A DNA stretch of 24,634 bases from Candidatus Micrarchaeota archaeon (lineage in GTDB: Archaea > Micrarchaeota > Micrarchaeia > Anstonellales > Bilamarchaeaceae): contig JBFMEZ010000015.1 of assembly GCA_040753215.1 (NCBI GenBank), positions 1 to 24,634 on the forward strand. The letters run 5' to 3'. The notes below the pieces were generated by a model. That model was not told the DNA's origin and did not search any database. It saw only the letters and a program-made list of their open reading frames with translations. How positions within the stretch are numbered: the first letter of the stretch is position 1; each line of letters opens with the position of its first letter. The position numbers were made by a program, and so were the translations under genes. Positions 23,942 to 24,634 of this stretch are shown in pieces.

Positions 23942-24469
23942 TCACCGCACCACAATTACTGTTCCGTGCATGTACGGGTGTGGGGCGCACGAATATTCAT
24001 AAGTCCCGGGGTCTTCCGTGAACGTGTGCCAGTAGGGACCCCCGCCCTTCGCGATGTAGGGCGAATCAATCACGCCTATCATCCTGACCGTATGGGGGAC
24101 GCCATCCTCATTCACCCAGAATACGGCATTTCCCTGCCTCACGGTAACTTCCGCAGGCACGAATTCGAAATTCCTTATGTATACAGTAACATCGCCTTCG
24201 CCCGGAGTTGGCTGCTCTATGCCCACTACTGCCCCTCCGGTCCCGCCTCTTGCAGTTTCCTGTCCCCCATTTCCGGTTCCCTGTTCCCCGTTTCCTGTTC
24301 CGGTGGTTTCGCCGACTCCCACAACCTGTCCCCCGGTTCCAGTTTCCTGTTCCCCGTTTCCAGTTGCCGGCTGCCCATTTCCGGTTTCCTGTTCCCAGTT
24401 CCCGGTTTCCTGCTGGGCGCACCCGAGCAAGAGGATTCCGAATACAAGCAACGAAAATATCCTGTTCAT
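23942..24469 (-). CDS. Blue-copper (plastocyanin/amicyanin-like cupredoxin) lipoprotein
   Basis: Signal MNRIFSLLVFGILLLGC. F.P.EVTV..G..V.WVN.D..PHTV and PGTYEYSCAPHPYMHG give the type-1 Cu ligands His, Cys, His, Met. Confidence 0.92.
   Translation of the reverse strand: MNRIFSLLVFGILLLGCAQQETGNWEQETGNGQPATGNGEQETGTGGQVVGVGETTGTGNGEQGTGNGGQETARGGTGGAVVGIEQPTPGEGDVTVYIRNFEFVPAEVTVRQGNAVFWVNEDGVPHTVRMIGVIDSPYIAKGGGPYWHTFTEDPGTYEYSCAPHPYMHGTVIVVR
24254..24410 (-). repeat. Heptamer tandem repeat (GGRAACN) encoding the cupredoxin linker
   Basis: 12 units at 24327-24410 and about 6-7 units at 24254-24302. Three units give a 7-aa period (GNGEQET). Confidence 0.85.
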
Positions 24470-24634
24470 GCATCTATTCGCTGCGAAAGAAGCTTTATAA
24501 ATCTTATTCTTGTAACCCTCCCCATGAGAGCTACATATATTATGCTGGTTCTGTTGGTTTTGGGGGTTGGTTTTTCCCAAGTTCCTTTCGGCCCGGGAAC
24601 TCCGAATGATTGTTCTAATCCTATGACCGGTCCG

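Overview
Archaeal chromosomal window. Markers are archaeal uL1-uL10/P0-aP1, archaeal GluRS, Hjc and the modified mevalonate genes; a DPANN/Micrarchaeota-like host is my inference only. The first ~4.8 kb is accessory. It starts with a repeat- and hairpin-rich non-coding region (1-675) and a tRNA-Leu(UAG) gene (677-761). Next is a 4,076-bp, AT-richer, integrase-less island (762-4837) made of two ~2-kb modules, each carrying an archaeal STAND-like AAA+ ATPase plus a small modifying enzyme (GNAT or SAM methyltransferase). Each module ends in an identical 83-bp tRNA-mimicking sequence flanked by inverted arms that show compensatory base changes. This looks like a tRNA-anchored, integron-like cassette array with hairpin att sites and is the best candidate for an undescribed system. 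The rest is mostly housekeeping: a Cys-rich surface protein, rpl1-rplP0-rpl12p, a TctA-like permease, gltX, an HD protein, a DUF1998 helicase, hjc, the lower archaeal MVA cluster (PMDh-S, PMDh-L, UbiD/AMPD, UbiX, IPK), alanine dehydrogenase, a degenerate HicA-fusion/HicB-like pair and a cupredoxin lipoprotein with a heptamer-repeat linker. All calls come from reading motifs by eye; no database searches were run.
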